From a virus, in IMG/VR virus record IMGVR_UViG_3300037069_002825, positions 1 through 64,000 of that record: a stretch of 64,000 bases of DNA; one strand, 5' to 3'. Under the pieces are notes generated by a model, which did no database searches, had not been told where the DNA came from, and saw only the letters and a list, made by a program, of their open reading frames with translations. Each line of letters opens with the position of its first letter. Position 1 is the first letter of the stretch. A program made the translations under genes and the position numbers. Below, piece by piece: positions 47,588 to 56,478 of this stretch.

Positions 47588-47669
47588 GGGACAGTCCGAT
47601 GACCCAGCCAAACCTTACAGGCTGACACTCGATCCGTTGTAAGGTTCCGAGCGGTCAGCGGACTGTCCC
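47588..47669 (-). ncRNA. Candidate structured leader RNA (three-way junction with 9-bp kissing loops)
   Basis: Pairings read directly from the sequence; see findings. Confidence 0.5.
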
Positions 47670-47792
47670 TTATGAATCACGATCCTCCTACCCCAATCGG
47701 CCGGAGACTACGACGCCACCCACACTCAATCTCATCGGGGTGGACGCAAAGTCTCCGGCCGAGCGGATGGAAAGTCCAACGAGCGTCCATGA

Positions 47793-47821
47793 TTTGACAG
47801 ACGGTCGAATGGTCTGTAGCT
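47793..47821 (+). promoter_or_regulatory. Housekeeping-sigma promoter TTGACA-N17-TAGCTT with an overlapping inverted repeat
   Basis: Consensus -35 and 17-nt spacer; ACAGAC/GTCTGT inverted repeat spans the spacer. Confidence 0.55.
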
Positions 47822-47870
47822 TTCTATCCGACACTCGTCTTACGGAAAGCCAACCGAGAGGAATCGTGAA

Positions 47871-48785
47871 ATGTCCATCCTGACTCCAAAGCAGTGGCGC
47901 GAACAGCGTCAACTCCTCACCCCGACAGAGCTACTCAGCCGCTGTAAGTCGGCGGCCCGCCTAGAGATGCGCGGCCAGATGTTCTCGACAGACGACCGAC
48001 TGGAATGTGCCGCGTCGATCATGGCCGATGGTGTCGCCGAGCTGAAAGGCTCGATGCCACGAGAGGGCGATCAGCGTCACTCGCTCAACGCCTACTGTGG
48101 CCGCGCCAAAAACTACAGGCGATCCATCCAGCGCCAGCGAGACCGCGACGCGGCAGACGCCGAGCGCTGCGCCGATGAGCAGGCCTGGACACTCGATGCA
48201 CTGATGCCCGACTACGGCGTGGACGTCGAGCCTCCCAGCATGGAAACCGCCGCGAGAGCCGCCGAGCACGCCATGCAACGGCTCGACCTGGACGGCGAGA
48301 ACGTCTTCACGCTCTTCTACGGCTACTGCCGAGACCTGCCTGGGCCAGTCGTCGCAGACGAGCTGACGATCAGCGCCAACGCCTATGACGTGCGCTGTCT
48401 GCGCGCCAAGGCGGTTGTGCGGGACGCATACCCGACGGCAGTCGAGTTCCTTGCCGCACTGGTAGGCGAGCCGATCCGCGTCGATGATCCGCTCACCGGC
48501 GAGACAATGCTCCGGTTCTGCCTGGAGGATGCCAGCAGCGAGGCGCACAACCGCACTCACTGCCTGCACCAGCCGTGGCGCGAGGGAACAGATGCCGGCA
48601 GCTGGCCAACACGGCCAGAGACCGCCGATGCTGCCCGCGCCGTCTGTGAGGTGCGCCAGCGCCGCGCCGCGCCAAAGCTCGCCGTCGAGAACATCCGCAA
48701 GGCAACGCGCGGAACCTCGATCGAGCAGGTGCAGGCAGACAGCTTGCTGCGACTCAGCCGCGCGCTGGTCGCAGGGCGCCGATAG
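47871..48785 (+). CDS. Divergent ECF sigma-like protein with C-terminal extension
   Basis: Region-4-like AMQRL.....VF.L.Y.....PVVADELTIS......R..RA; degenerate region 2. Confidence 0.5.
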   Translation: MSILTPKQWREQRQLLTPTELLSRCKSAARLEMRGQMFSTDDRLECAASIMADGVAELKGSMPREGDQRHSLNAYCGRAKNYRRSIQRQRDRDAADAERCADEQAWTLDALMPDYGVDVEPPSMETAARAAEHAMQRLDLDGENVFTLFYGYCRDLPGPVVADELTISANAYDVRCLRAKAVVRDAYPTAVEFLAALVGEPIRVDDPLTGETMLRFCLEDASSEAHNRTHCLHQPWREGTDAGSWPTRPETADAARAVCEVRQRRAAPKLAVENIRKATRGTSIEQVQADSLLRLSRALVAGRR

Positions 48786-49300
48786 GAACTTACTCAGTCC
48801 GCCAGCGGAAAGTACCGAGAGCCAACATGGAAGTTGGCTATCCGCTGGCGGACATCGCTGGCGGACATCGCTCATACATACGTCCAAACCACTACAGGAC
48901 CGTGGGAAAGTCGCCGATACTAGAACCATGATGACATTGACACTCATAGCGGCGCTGCTCACAGCCACCTGGCTGGTGCTCAGCGCCCCACACATGCAGA
49001 CACCAGACCAGCAGGTGTGCTGGTCAACCACCACAGCAGCACGCATCGACAGCAGCACCACCATCGTCTCACGGCTCCGCTGGGCAGCACACCACCTCAG
49101 CCACCCAGGTACAGCGGAGTGCTGGTCGTGAGCACCGACCTCGACGCACGCACAGCCTGGGTAAGGCAGCAGTCGCTCTCATGCGGCGGCACGTACCAGC
49201 GCTGGCAGGCAGAACAGCAGACAGCAGAGCGTCGGCGCACACGGCGCGACCGTCGCACCAACCTAGTCCGCCGACTACTCGGCCGAAGGAGCACAGACAG

Positions 49301-49636
49301 ATGACCACCACCACGGAGCGCCAGTCAATCGACCGTGCGAAGGTCGCCGGAGCGAAGATCGTCAACGGCACCACGGCCATCATGGCCACCATCGCATTCC
49401 TCACCGTCGCCGCCATCGCCGTCGCAGTCCTAGTCCATGCAGCTACTGACGGGGCAGCAGGGATTTTCGCCGTGATCGGAGTGATACTCCTCTCCAAACA
49501 CACCACTAAGCCCAAGGAGAGCAAGACAACCCAAAACACACGGGTAGCGACCCTGGCTCAGTGCATCGAAATCCAGCAGCAGCAGGACAGAGAATGGCGC
49601 GAGAAGCTCAACCACACCGCGCACAGCAGGAGCTAG
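49301..49636 (+). CDS. Small two-helix membrane protein
   Basis: SD AAGGAG; two hydrophobic segments. Confidence 0.6.
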   Translation: MTTTTERQSIDRAKVAGAKIVNGTTAIMATIAFLTVAAIAVAVLVHAATDGAAGIFAVIGVILLSKHTTKPKESKTTQNTRVATLAQCIEIQQQQDREWREKLNHTAHSRS

Positions 49637-49645
49637 AGACCGCAG

Positions 49646-49837
49646 ATGAACACTCCAGCACAGCCCCCATACGAATACAGCGCCGGTGACAAGATCGAAG
49701 ACGACGACGGTACGTGGGGCGTCGTCATGTATGCAGACCCCGAGAGGGGTGGCGTCGTCCGCTGGGACGATGGAGAAGAAACGGACTACACGTGGCATCA
49801 ACTCGGGATGCTTCCACCGCAGCGGTGCATGCCCTGA
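49646..49837 (+). CDS. Small SH3-like hypothetical protein
   Basis: SD AGGAG; GD.I...G..G.V.....V.WDDG. Confidence 0.55.
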   Translation: MNTPAQPPYEYSAGDKIEDDDGTWGVVMYADPERGGVVRWDDGEETDYTWHQLGMLPPQRCMP

Positions 49838-50964
49838 CACACGGAGGTTTGGGGGACGCGCACACCACATGGCATGTACTTTCACACGGAACCGTCGCAC
49901 AATCACACGGTCACGTAGGTCCGTCCAAAATTGGACGGTGGCGCCACGTGCCTCCCCCCCTTCCGCCAAGATTTGGGCCGGTTTCGACGAACGAGCAACA
50001 CCACACTCCCTCAAGCAGTGAACCCCAAAATCCACTTTCGGCCACGGTAGAAACCTGGCTTTCGCACAATCTCCCCTCGTTGCCTTGGCCCGGGGCTTTG
50101 CAGGGCTTTTTCCTCCGCCAGACGGATGGCGCCCGCACAAAGTCTGCCTTTCCCCCAGACGCGTGTCGAGGGGTGAGCCTGGGTGCAAACCACCCTGCCC
50201 GAGCATGCCGTGGTGCTGTCGTGGTGGCCTGTGTGCGGGAGATCCCGGGAAAGGGCCGCAAAATGGACAGTCGGCGAGCTTTCCAGGAAAGTTCCGAGGA
50301 TATGTGTGCATATCCAGGTGGAGGTGTGATATGTTCGTTTAGCCCGGAACACCTGCTCATCAGCCCCGCGCTGAGAGCCAGGAAACCGGGTGTCATATGT
50401 CTCGCCTTTCCAGGAGAAGCCCCCGGCGGCCCGGCATGGACTGCCGGGGGTGTGTCCTGGAGGTTGCGGTATCGCCAGTTCGCCCGACGGAGAGCCTCGG
50501 AAGGTTGGGGGATTCGACCTCCGAGGCTCTCCCCGGGAAAGGCAGGCGGCAAAAAATAATCGGTTGCGCTCACGCGCAGTTGAATCTCCCAGCCCTCGGT
50601 GTAGGATGGATCAAGGAGGATCGTGTGCGATACCAGGCGAGACAGCTCAAGGACGACGAGGCGAAGACTCACCCATGCCTGGTCAACTACGTCGACGTCG
50701 CAAGCAATGGCGTTCGCCGAGAAGACCCTGCAACTTGCCCGCGAGAACGAAGCCCGCGCCGGACGCCCGTGGCTGCTCTTCACCTGGTGGAAGGTCACTC
50801 GTCGGATCGACCGCCGGAGCGCGTGCGATGAAACGCTACCAATCGTTCAAAATCCTCCGTGCGAGGCGCCGCTATCTCGCGCAGGTGAACGCGGGACAGC
50901 CGGCGAGAGTCGAACCGCACCGTTGCCACCCGCGCCGTGACAGGCGCCGACCGGGCAAGCCGAG

Positions 50965-51453
50965 ATGACAACCACCATCGTTCTTCAGCTGGATACCGCC
51001 GAGAGTCGCCAGCTCGCTGAGTTCAAGGCCCGAGTCAAGGACAGGCGCGCCCTCGAACTGAGCGACCAGGAGGTCGCCAAGGCGGCGCTCCTCGCGGCGC
51101 TCGCCGAAGCGCGCGTCGCCCCCGCAAACGAACGGGGCTTCTACCACCTGCTTCTGTCCTTCGCAGAACTCATGAGGGGGCGTGTGACCACGACAGCGGC
51201 AGCCGCCCCCGCGACTGCCGCGACGACGCCTGCCCCCGATCAAGAGACCGTGAAGATCTATACGTGGGTCCGGGTCGTGGGTCTTGAGCCCATCGAGGTC
51301 AAGGAGGACGCCGAGGTCGTGCTGGAACAACACCGCAGGGCGCTGAATCACGACAGTCGTTGGGTTGAGCTTCACCCGGCGGCGGGTGGCTTCCTCCTCG
51401 TGGTCGCCGAGGACATCCGGGGGATCGTCCAGCGAAACGCCGAGCGACTTTGA
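50965..51453 (+). CDS. Hypothetical protein
   Basis: Biased codons. Confidence 0.6.
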   Translation: MTTTIVLQLDTAESRQLAEFKARVKDRRALELSDQEVAKAALLAALAEARVAPANERGFYHLLLSFAELMRGRVTTTAAAAPATAATTPAPDQETVKIYTWVRVVGLEPIEVKEDAEVVLEQHRRALNHDSRWVELHPAAGGFLLVVAEDIRGIVQRNAERL

Positions 51454-51707
51454 TGGAGGGCGACGTGTGGAACAGGATTGCAATGATCGAAGCCGCTCGC
51501 GTCGATTGCCGATCCCGGGGCTGCACGTGCGGCGACCGCGCGTTGATCGTGACACTCGGGGACAGCGTCATCACCGACGCCGACGTGGCGCTCGGGATCT
51601 ATCACCTAGCCTGCTGTCCGCTTTGGGTGCCCCGCGATCTGCGAAACCTGCCGCCGGACACCCAGTGTGACTCCATCGTCAATGTTGAGCTACCGGACAT
51701 CGGCTAG
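51453..51707 (+). CDS. Small Cys-rich protein
   Basis: TGATG overlap; C.C...H...CP. Confidence 0.5.
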   Translation: MEGDVWNRIAMIEAARVDCRSRGCTCGDRALIVTLGDSVITDADVALGIYHLACCPLWVPRDLRNLPPDTQCDSIVNVELPDIG

Positions 51708-51711
51708 GAAC

Positions 51712-52188
51712 ATGAAAGCGATCTCGCTGTGGCAACCGTGGGCCTCCCTCATCATGCTCGACGCGAAGCGCATCGAGACGCGCTCGTGGAAGCCGCCGGA
51801 GTCAGTCATCGGGCAGCGAGTGTTCATCCACGCCGCCAAACGGCTGGACCCGTGCGTGCTGGAGGAACCCTTCTCGACGGTGATCGGTGATCCCGCCAAC
51901 GCACCGATAGGTGTGCTGCTCGGCAGTGTGAAGCTAGAGGGCGCGTGGCGCATCGACCATGAGTGCGAGGCCGGGATGCTCGCGCGGGAGTACCATCGCA
52001 CGGATGATGGCCGGCGTGACCCGGCTGCTGCCGAGCGAGAGCTGGCATTCGGTGACTTCACTGTGGGAAGGTGGGCATGGGGGCTAGCCGATGTGCGCCC
52101 GTTGCAAAGGCCGCTCCCGTGGAACGGCGGCCAACGATTCTGGAATCTCGGCGAGACCCTCGAAGGGCTGCTAGCCCACCACGCGTGA
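51712..52188 (+). CDS. ASCH-domain protein
   Basis: MKAISLWQPWASLI....K.IETRSW...IHAAK...G.Q..W. Confidence 0.88.
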   Translation: MKAISLWQPWASLIMLDAKRIETRSWKPPESVIGQRVFIHAAKRLDPCVLEEPFSTVIGDPANAPIGVLLGSVKLEGAWRIDHECEAGMLAREYHRTDDGRRDPAAAERELAFGDFTVGRWAWGLADVRPLQRPLPWNGGQRFWNLGETLEGLLAHHA

Positions 52189-52216
52189 TGATTATCGATC
52201 GAAGTCGAGCGGGCAC

Positions 52217-54025
52217 ATGACCCCCGGGCACCCCGTAGAGGGAGAGGCACGAGAGGCGCGCTGGGGTTCCGGCGGTCCAGGTAGGGGCGCTCTCGCTGCC
52301 CTGTTGGGTGCGCTTGAGCGTCGTCGCGCATTGTTCTGGACGGGCCGCGTGCTGATAGAGCTTGACCGCGAGTTTGACCCGGTTGAGGAGGGCACGGGTG
52401 CTGTCCAGATGGTCCTCGACGACCAAGACTTCGCGGCTTTGAAGGCGCTGGCCGTCCCGGTCGAGCGGGGAGAGGCACGAGAGGCGACGTGGCAGGACGC
52501 GATCGACTGGCTGCGACGTGAATACGCCCACGAGCGGGCCGACACGATCATGCACTACTACGCATATCGCTACGCCGACGACCTTGAGCGACACAAGCCT
52601 GCCGCCGTCCCGGTCGAGCGGGAGCACGAGGACACACCAACGTGTCTCCCGATGAGCGTACGGGAGCTACTAGCGGAGCTTTTCCTGCATGTCCAGAAGC
52701 ACGAGGTCGACGAAGTCGAGCGACGCGTTGCCGACGCGCTCGCGGGGAAGCTTCACTGGATCAGCGACGACCAGCGGGCACTCGAACTTGCGCGTTGCGT
52801 CCTCGCTGCTGCTGGTGGCGCCTCAGGGTTCCAAGGGGTCCGCCATCGTTTCGAGGCTGACTGGGTGCCGGTCGACCGGACGCACGACGATGCACGCGCG
52901 ATGGAGAAGACGCCTGGGCGGCAGGAGGACCCTTGGCATGCGGTCGGTCGTGAGATCGGTGAGGCGCACCGGGAGCGGGAGCACGAGGTCTCAGACGCCG
53001 AAGTGAAGGCGGTCGCGGCGATCCTCAGGAACGTATGGCTCAAAGAGCTAGACGGCCTGGGGGTCATCGCGGACGAAGCGGAGAACATCGCTATCGATTG
53101 CCTCCGGGCCGCTCGGCGCGCTGCTGTTCGTGGCACCTCACTCGACTCGTGGGAGTTGCCAGAAGGGTGGGAAGATCACGATCTGGAGGAGCTTGATCTC
53201 TATGCGCGCAAGCTGACCATCGATGTGGACGAGATGATCGATGCTGGAAGCTTCACCCGCGATGGGCTACGGAGGGCCATTAGCGCAGTTGTGGCGGGGC
53301 GTGACACCTCACCCGAGCGCGTGAACGTCCCTGGCTATCGGGTGCGTGGAGAGGACGGGACGCTCGGCAACACGGTAGTCGATCGCCGCAAAGGTGAGCG
53401 CCGGCAGGGTGAACGGCGCAGCGAGGCGAACAGCCCCCGGTCGGAAATGCTGCCTCAGCGTCGGGACTGGGGCAAGGGCGATCGCCGGAGCGGGAACGAC
53501 CGCCGTGACACCTCACCCGAGCAGTCGGGGGGGCCAACCGACGAGGAGCTGACGGAGCTGATCGAGCTTCCCCGTGACCTCGCTGCTGTCTTGAAGGACC
53601 CGGGCATCATCATCGCCCAGGACCAAAAGGTATTCGAGCTGATCGCAAAGTGGCAGAACGCTGCGTGTCCGACCCTCGGCGTTACCCCGACCTCACCCGA
53701 GCAGCCGGAGGAATCGCACGCGACGCAGCCTGCGGGGCTTCGTGTCGGCGGCCGGGTTTGGAGAGGCGGCCATTGGCGGTCGGCGAGCACCGAAGACGGG
53801 GGTGGCCCCGCCATTGTCAAGACTCCCGACGTAGAGCCAGATTCACACGGCGAGCATGCCCCCGCGTCCCATGATGAGGTAGAGCGGCTCGCCAAGTGGC
53901 TGCACGGCAATTGCTCCGACATAGAGAAGACCTACACATGGGCGAGATTGCCCTTCTTCTATCGCCACCGCTTTCGCTCACAGGCCCGGGCCGCTCTCGC
54001 CGCTACACAGGGAGGCCGGGACTGA
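52217..54025 (+). CDS. Modular polyprotein of short domains joined by repeated linkers
   Basis: In-frame repeats (PVER)GEAREA, EREHE and (D)TSPE. Confidence 0.65.
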   Translation: MTPGHPVEGEAREARWGSGGPGRGALAALLGALERRRALFWTGRVLIELDREFDPVEEGTGAVQMVLDDQDFAALKALAVPVERGEAREATWQDAIDWLRREYAHERADTIMHYYAYRYADDLERHKPAAVPVEREHEDTPTCLPMSVRELLAELFLHVQKHEVDEVERRVADALAGKLHWISDDQRALELARCVLAAAGGASGFQGVRHRFEADWVPVDRTHDDARAMEKTPGRQEDPWHAVGREIGEAHREREHEVSDAEVKAVAAILRNVWLKELDGLGVIADEAENIAIDCLRAARRAAVRGTSLDSWELPEGWEDHDLEELDLYARKLTIDVDEMIDAGSFTRDGLRRAISAVVAGRDTSPERVNVPGYRVRGEDGTLGNTVVDRRKGERRQGERRSEANSPRSEMLPQRRDWGKGDRRSGNDRRDTSPEQSGGPTDEELTELIELPRDLAAVLKDPGIIIAQDQKVFELIAKWQNAACPTLGVTPTSPEQPEESHATQPAGLRVGGRVWRGGHWRSASTEDGGGPAIVKTPDVEPDSHGEHAPASHDEVERLAKWLHGNCSDIEKTYTWARLPFFYRHRFRSQARAALAATQGGRD

Positions 54026-54261
54026 TGGACCCAAACGGCAACATCTATCTCCTTCCGGAGGACGAGATTCCGGCCGAGGACAAGGCACGGATGGATGGCT
54101 ACCTCCGAGGCAAGGCTGAGAACGATCTGGAGGTTTCGCGCCTCTTCTTGCAGGTCGGAGTCGAGCGGGAGAGAGCCGCAATGGCTGAGGTTGCAGCACG
54201 TGAGGCATTGACCGAACGCGACGAAGCCGAGGCTACACAAGGAGACGGCGACCGTGGATGA
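54025..54261 (+). CDS. Hypothetical protein
   Basis: SD GGAGG; TGATG overlap. Confidence 0.55.
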   Translation: MDPNGNIYLLPEDEIPAEDKARMDGYLRGKAENDLEVSRLFLQVGVERERAAMAEVAAREALTERDEAEATQGDGDRG

Positions 54262-54414
54262 ATACGAGCGCATGAAGCAGGCGATCGAAGTTGGCCGTGG
54301 CGTAGGGCAATCGCCAGTGATGTCGGTAGCGAGGATGAGACCGGTTTGCAAAGACGCTGGTGTTCTCCTGCGCCGCTGGCTTGACGAGCAGGGCGCTACA
54401 CAAGGAGAGGGCGA

Positions 54415-54711
54415 GTGATCGTCGGGTACCGACAGATGAATCCCCGCGAGAGGGCATCGATGCGCCGAGAGGTCCTAATCGACATCTTGCGCGAGCGGCC
54501 GCTGCTCAGTACAAGCGAGTTGAGCGCCATTCTGCTTGCGGAGACGGGTGGTCCGCCCGCGATGCTTACAGGCGCGATCTTCGCTGGCCCTTGGACGGTC
54601 TACAGCGACCTCTCGACGCTCGCAAAGCAGGGCGTCGTGCATCGCTGGAAGGCGTCCGAGCGGCGCGCCGTCTCATGGTCTGTCGCTGATTCGGGAGGAG
54701 CGGGCGAGTGA
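54415..54711 (+). CDS. Winged-HTH protein
   Basis: LST.ELS...VYSDL..L...G.V. Confidence 0.55.
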   Translation: MIVGYRQMNPRERASMRREVLIDILRERPLLSTSELSAILLAETGGPPAMLTGAIFAGPWTVYSDLSTLAKQGVVHRWKASERRAVSWSVADSGGAGE

Positions 54712-55118
54712 GCCTCAAGGCGATGGAGAAGGTCTGCTGGGAGGCGACCTGCGACAACTGCGGCGAGGGCGACAACTTCGAATACTACGGGAGCTTCCAC
54801 TACCCGAGCCGTGAGGCGGCGCTGGAAACCATCGTCAGTGACCTTGAGTGGGTCGAGCGCGACGGAATCCTGCTCTGCAACGGCTGCATCGAAAACGAGG
54901 ATTACCCCCCGGAGGATGTAGAGAAGGCGGTCGCGTCGCTGATTGAGAAGGTGCGCGCCGAGCGGGCCGATGGCTCACCCGAGCACTCGTCCTGCTGTGG
55001 TGTGGGCGTCCGTGTTGATAGCGGCGATGAGGGGACGAGCTGCTACGTGTGCGAGCGGTGCGGCAAGCCGTGTGATGCGCGTCGTGGCTCTCCTGAGCGG
55101 GGAGGAGAGGGCAAGTGA
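54708..55118 (+). CDS. Two-module zinc-ribbon protein
   Basis: CxxC pairs in two modules joined by the ADGSPEH linker. Confidence 0.6.
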   Translation: MSLKAMEKVCWEATCDNCGEGDNFEYYGSFHYPSREAALETIVSDLEWVERDGILLCNGCIENEDYPPEDVEKAVASLIEKVRAERADGSPEHSSCCGVGVRVDSGDEGTSCYVCERCGKPCDARRGSPERGGEGK

Positions 55119-55900
55119 GCACGCAACCCGACTACGAGTATCGGCTCTCGTGGGAGTGCCCGAGCGCCGCTTGTGTCATGGCTCATCAGGGCGTGGCTTG
55201 GGAGACGCTGACGGCTGAGGAATGGGACGGCCTTCCGTGGGAGTCGAGCTACCGGATCGCGGACGGCGGTGACATCTTCACGCAGCGACACACGCTCGAA
55301 CTATGGGCCGAGCATCACCACGAGCCCGTGCGCAACGTCCGCTTCGCGCGTCGCCCCATGCCCGATCCCGACGAGGGCTGGGACGAGATCGCTGAGCGTG
55401 GGGCGACGGGAGTAACCCACTGGAAGCCAGTTGACCGTGTCATGGCGCGGGCCGATGGCTCACCCGAGCACTCCCCGCACATCACGACGGCGCATCGCGT
55501 CTATGAGGGGAGCAGCGGTGAGATCGTGGTCGATCCCCCCGTTGACGGGCCGCACGTCTTCATCAACCGGCTGCGGTACGGGAACCTCTCGGAGCCGATG
55601 AGCGGGAGGGCGCTCCGCCTGCTACCCAACCCTCCGGTACCCGAAGACGACGACCTGTGGGAAGAGACTGCGGTCGGTGCCGATGGGGACCGTCTTGTCG
55701 GCCGTGACGACGTCCTGAAGGTCGGGAACGGCGAGCGGTTCTACACATCGCCTTCGTCAATCACTGCGGGCTCACCCGAGCACTCCACGGAGGAGGCGAA
55801 GGTCTGCAAGCTTTGCAACGGGAGGGGTTACCGGAAAGTGGCGGGTGCGCCCTACAGCGAACCGTGTGGCTGCGAGCACTCCACGGAGCCCGAGCGATGA
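55115..55900 (+). CDS. Three-module protein (includes a ubiquitin-like-looking middle module and a CxxCxG zinc finger)
   Basis: Modules separated by GSPEHS linkers. Confidence 0.55.
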   Translation: MSTQPDYEYRLSWECPSAACVMAHQGVAWETLTAEEWDGLPWESSYRIADGGDIFTQRHTLELWAEHHHEPVRNVRFARRPMPDPDEGWDEIAERGATGVTHWKPVDRVMARADGSPEHSPHITTAHRVYEGSSGEIVVDPPVDGPHVFINRLRYGNLSEPMSGRALRLLPNPPVPEDDDLWEETAVGADGDRLVGRDDVLKVGNGERFYTSPSSITAGSPEHSTEEAKVCKLCNGRGYRKVAGAPYSEPCGCEHSTEPER

Positions 55901-56445
55901 GCGATCGGCTTCGGATCGTCCCGATGATGCGCGACGAGGCGAACGATTTCGTGAAGCGCCATCATCGCCATTCGGGCATCCGCCAGGGCTACCGCTTTGC
56001 TCTCGGCGCCGCGCTCGGTGACGAGTTGGTTGGCGTGGCGATCGTCGGTCGTCCCGTGGCGCGTGGTCTGCAGGATGGCTGGACGGCCGAGGTTCTTCGG
56101 CTATGCACGACAGGCACGCGCAACGCCTGCTCGTTTCTCTATGGCGCTTGCTGGCGCGCTGCTAGAGCGCTCGGCTATACGAAGCTCGTCACGTACACCC
56201 TCGCGAGCGAGGCAGGAGCGTCGCTTCGCGCGTCGGGCTGGCGCGTAGTCGCCGAGGTAAAGGGCCGCGAGTGGACGACCCCGAGCCGCCCACGCGACCC
56301 AAGTCACCCACAGGATCGTCTCCGCTGGGAGCTGGCCGAGCACCCCACGACTGAACCGGCTGGACGTAAAGCGGTATCTGCTGAGGATCTCGCGCAGGCG
56401 ATTGACGGAGTTGCAGCCGGCATGATAGCTTCGCAACGCGCATAG
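55897..56445 (+). CDS. XF1762-family (Mom-like GNAT fold) protein
   Basis: AN.FV..HHRH...GVAIVGRPVAR..DG...EV.RLCT.G..NACS.LY...WR.ARALGY.K..TYTL..E.G.SL. Confidence 0.8.
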   Translation: MSDRLRIVPMMRDEANDFVKRHHRHSGIRQGYRFALGAALGDELVGVAIVGRPVARGLQDGWTAEVLRLCTTGTRNACSFLYGACWRAARALGYTKLVTYTLASEAGASLRASGWRVVAEVKGREWTTPSRPRDPSHPQDRLRWELAEHPTTEPAGRKAVSAEDLAQAIDGVAAGMIASQRA

Positions 56446-56478
56446 GCCAATATCAACGCAACGAAGAAGGGGAGGTCA

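Larger units (their letters stand above)
52204..56349 (+). repeat. Dispersed in-frame linker repeats (core CTCACCCGAGC and GTCGAGCGGG families)
   Basis: For example, 27-bp identity GCGGGCCGATGGCTCACCCGAGCACTC at 54962 and 55447; 19-bp identities at 52451/52604 and 53300/53504. Confidence 0.85.

Noticed and set aside
52204-56349. CRISPR array or integron attC cassettes
   Set aside because: Spacing is irregular and long, the repeats are coding and non-palindromic, and no cas operon is present; the Cas4-like nuclease sits in the recombination module
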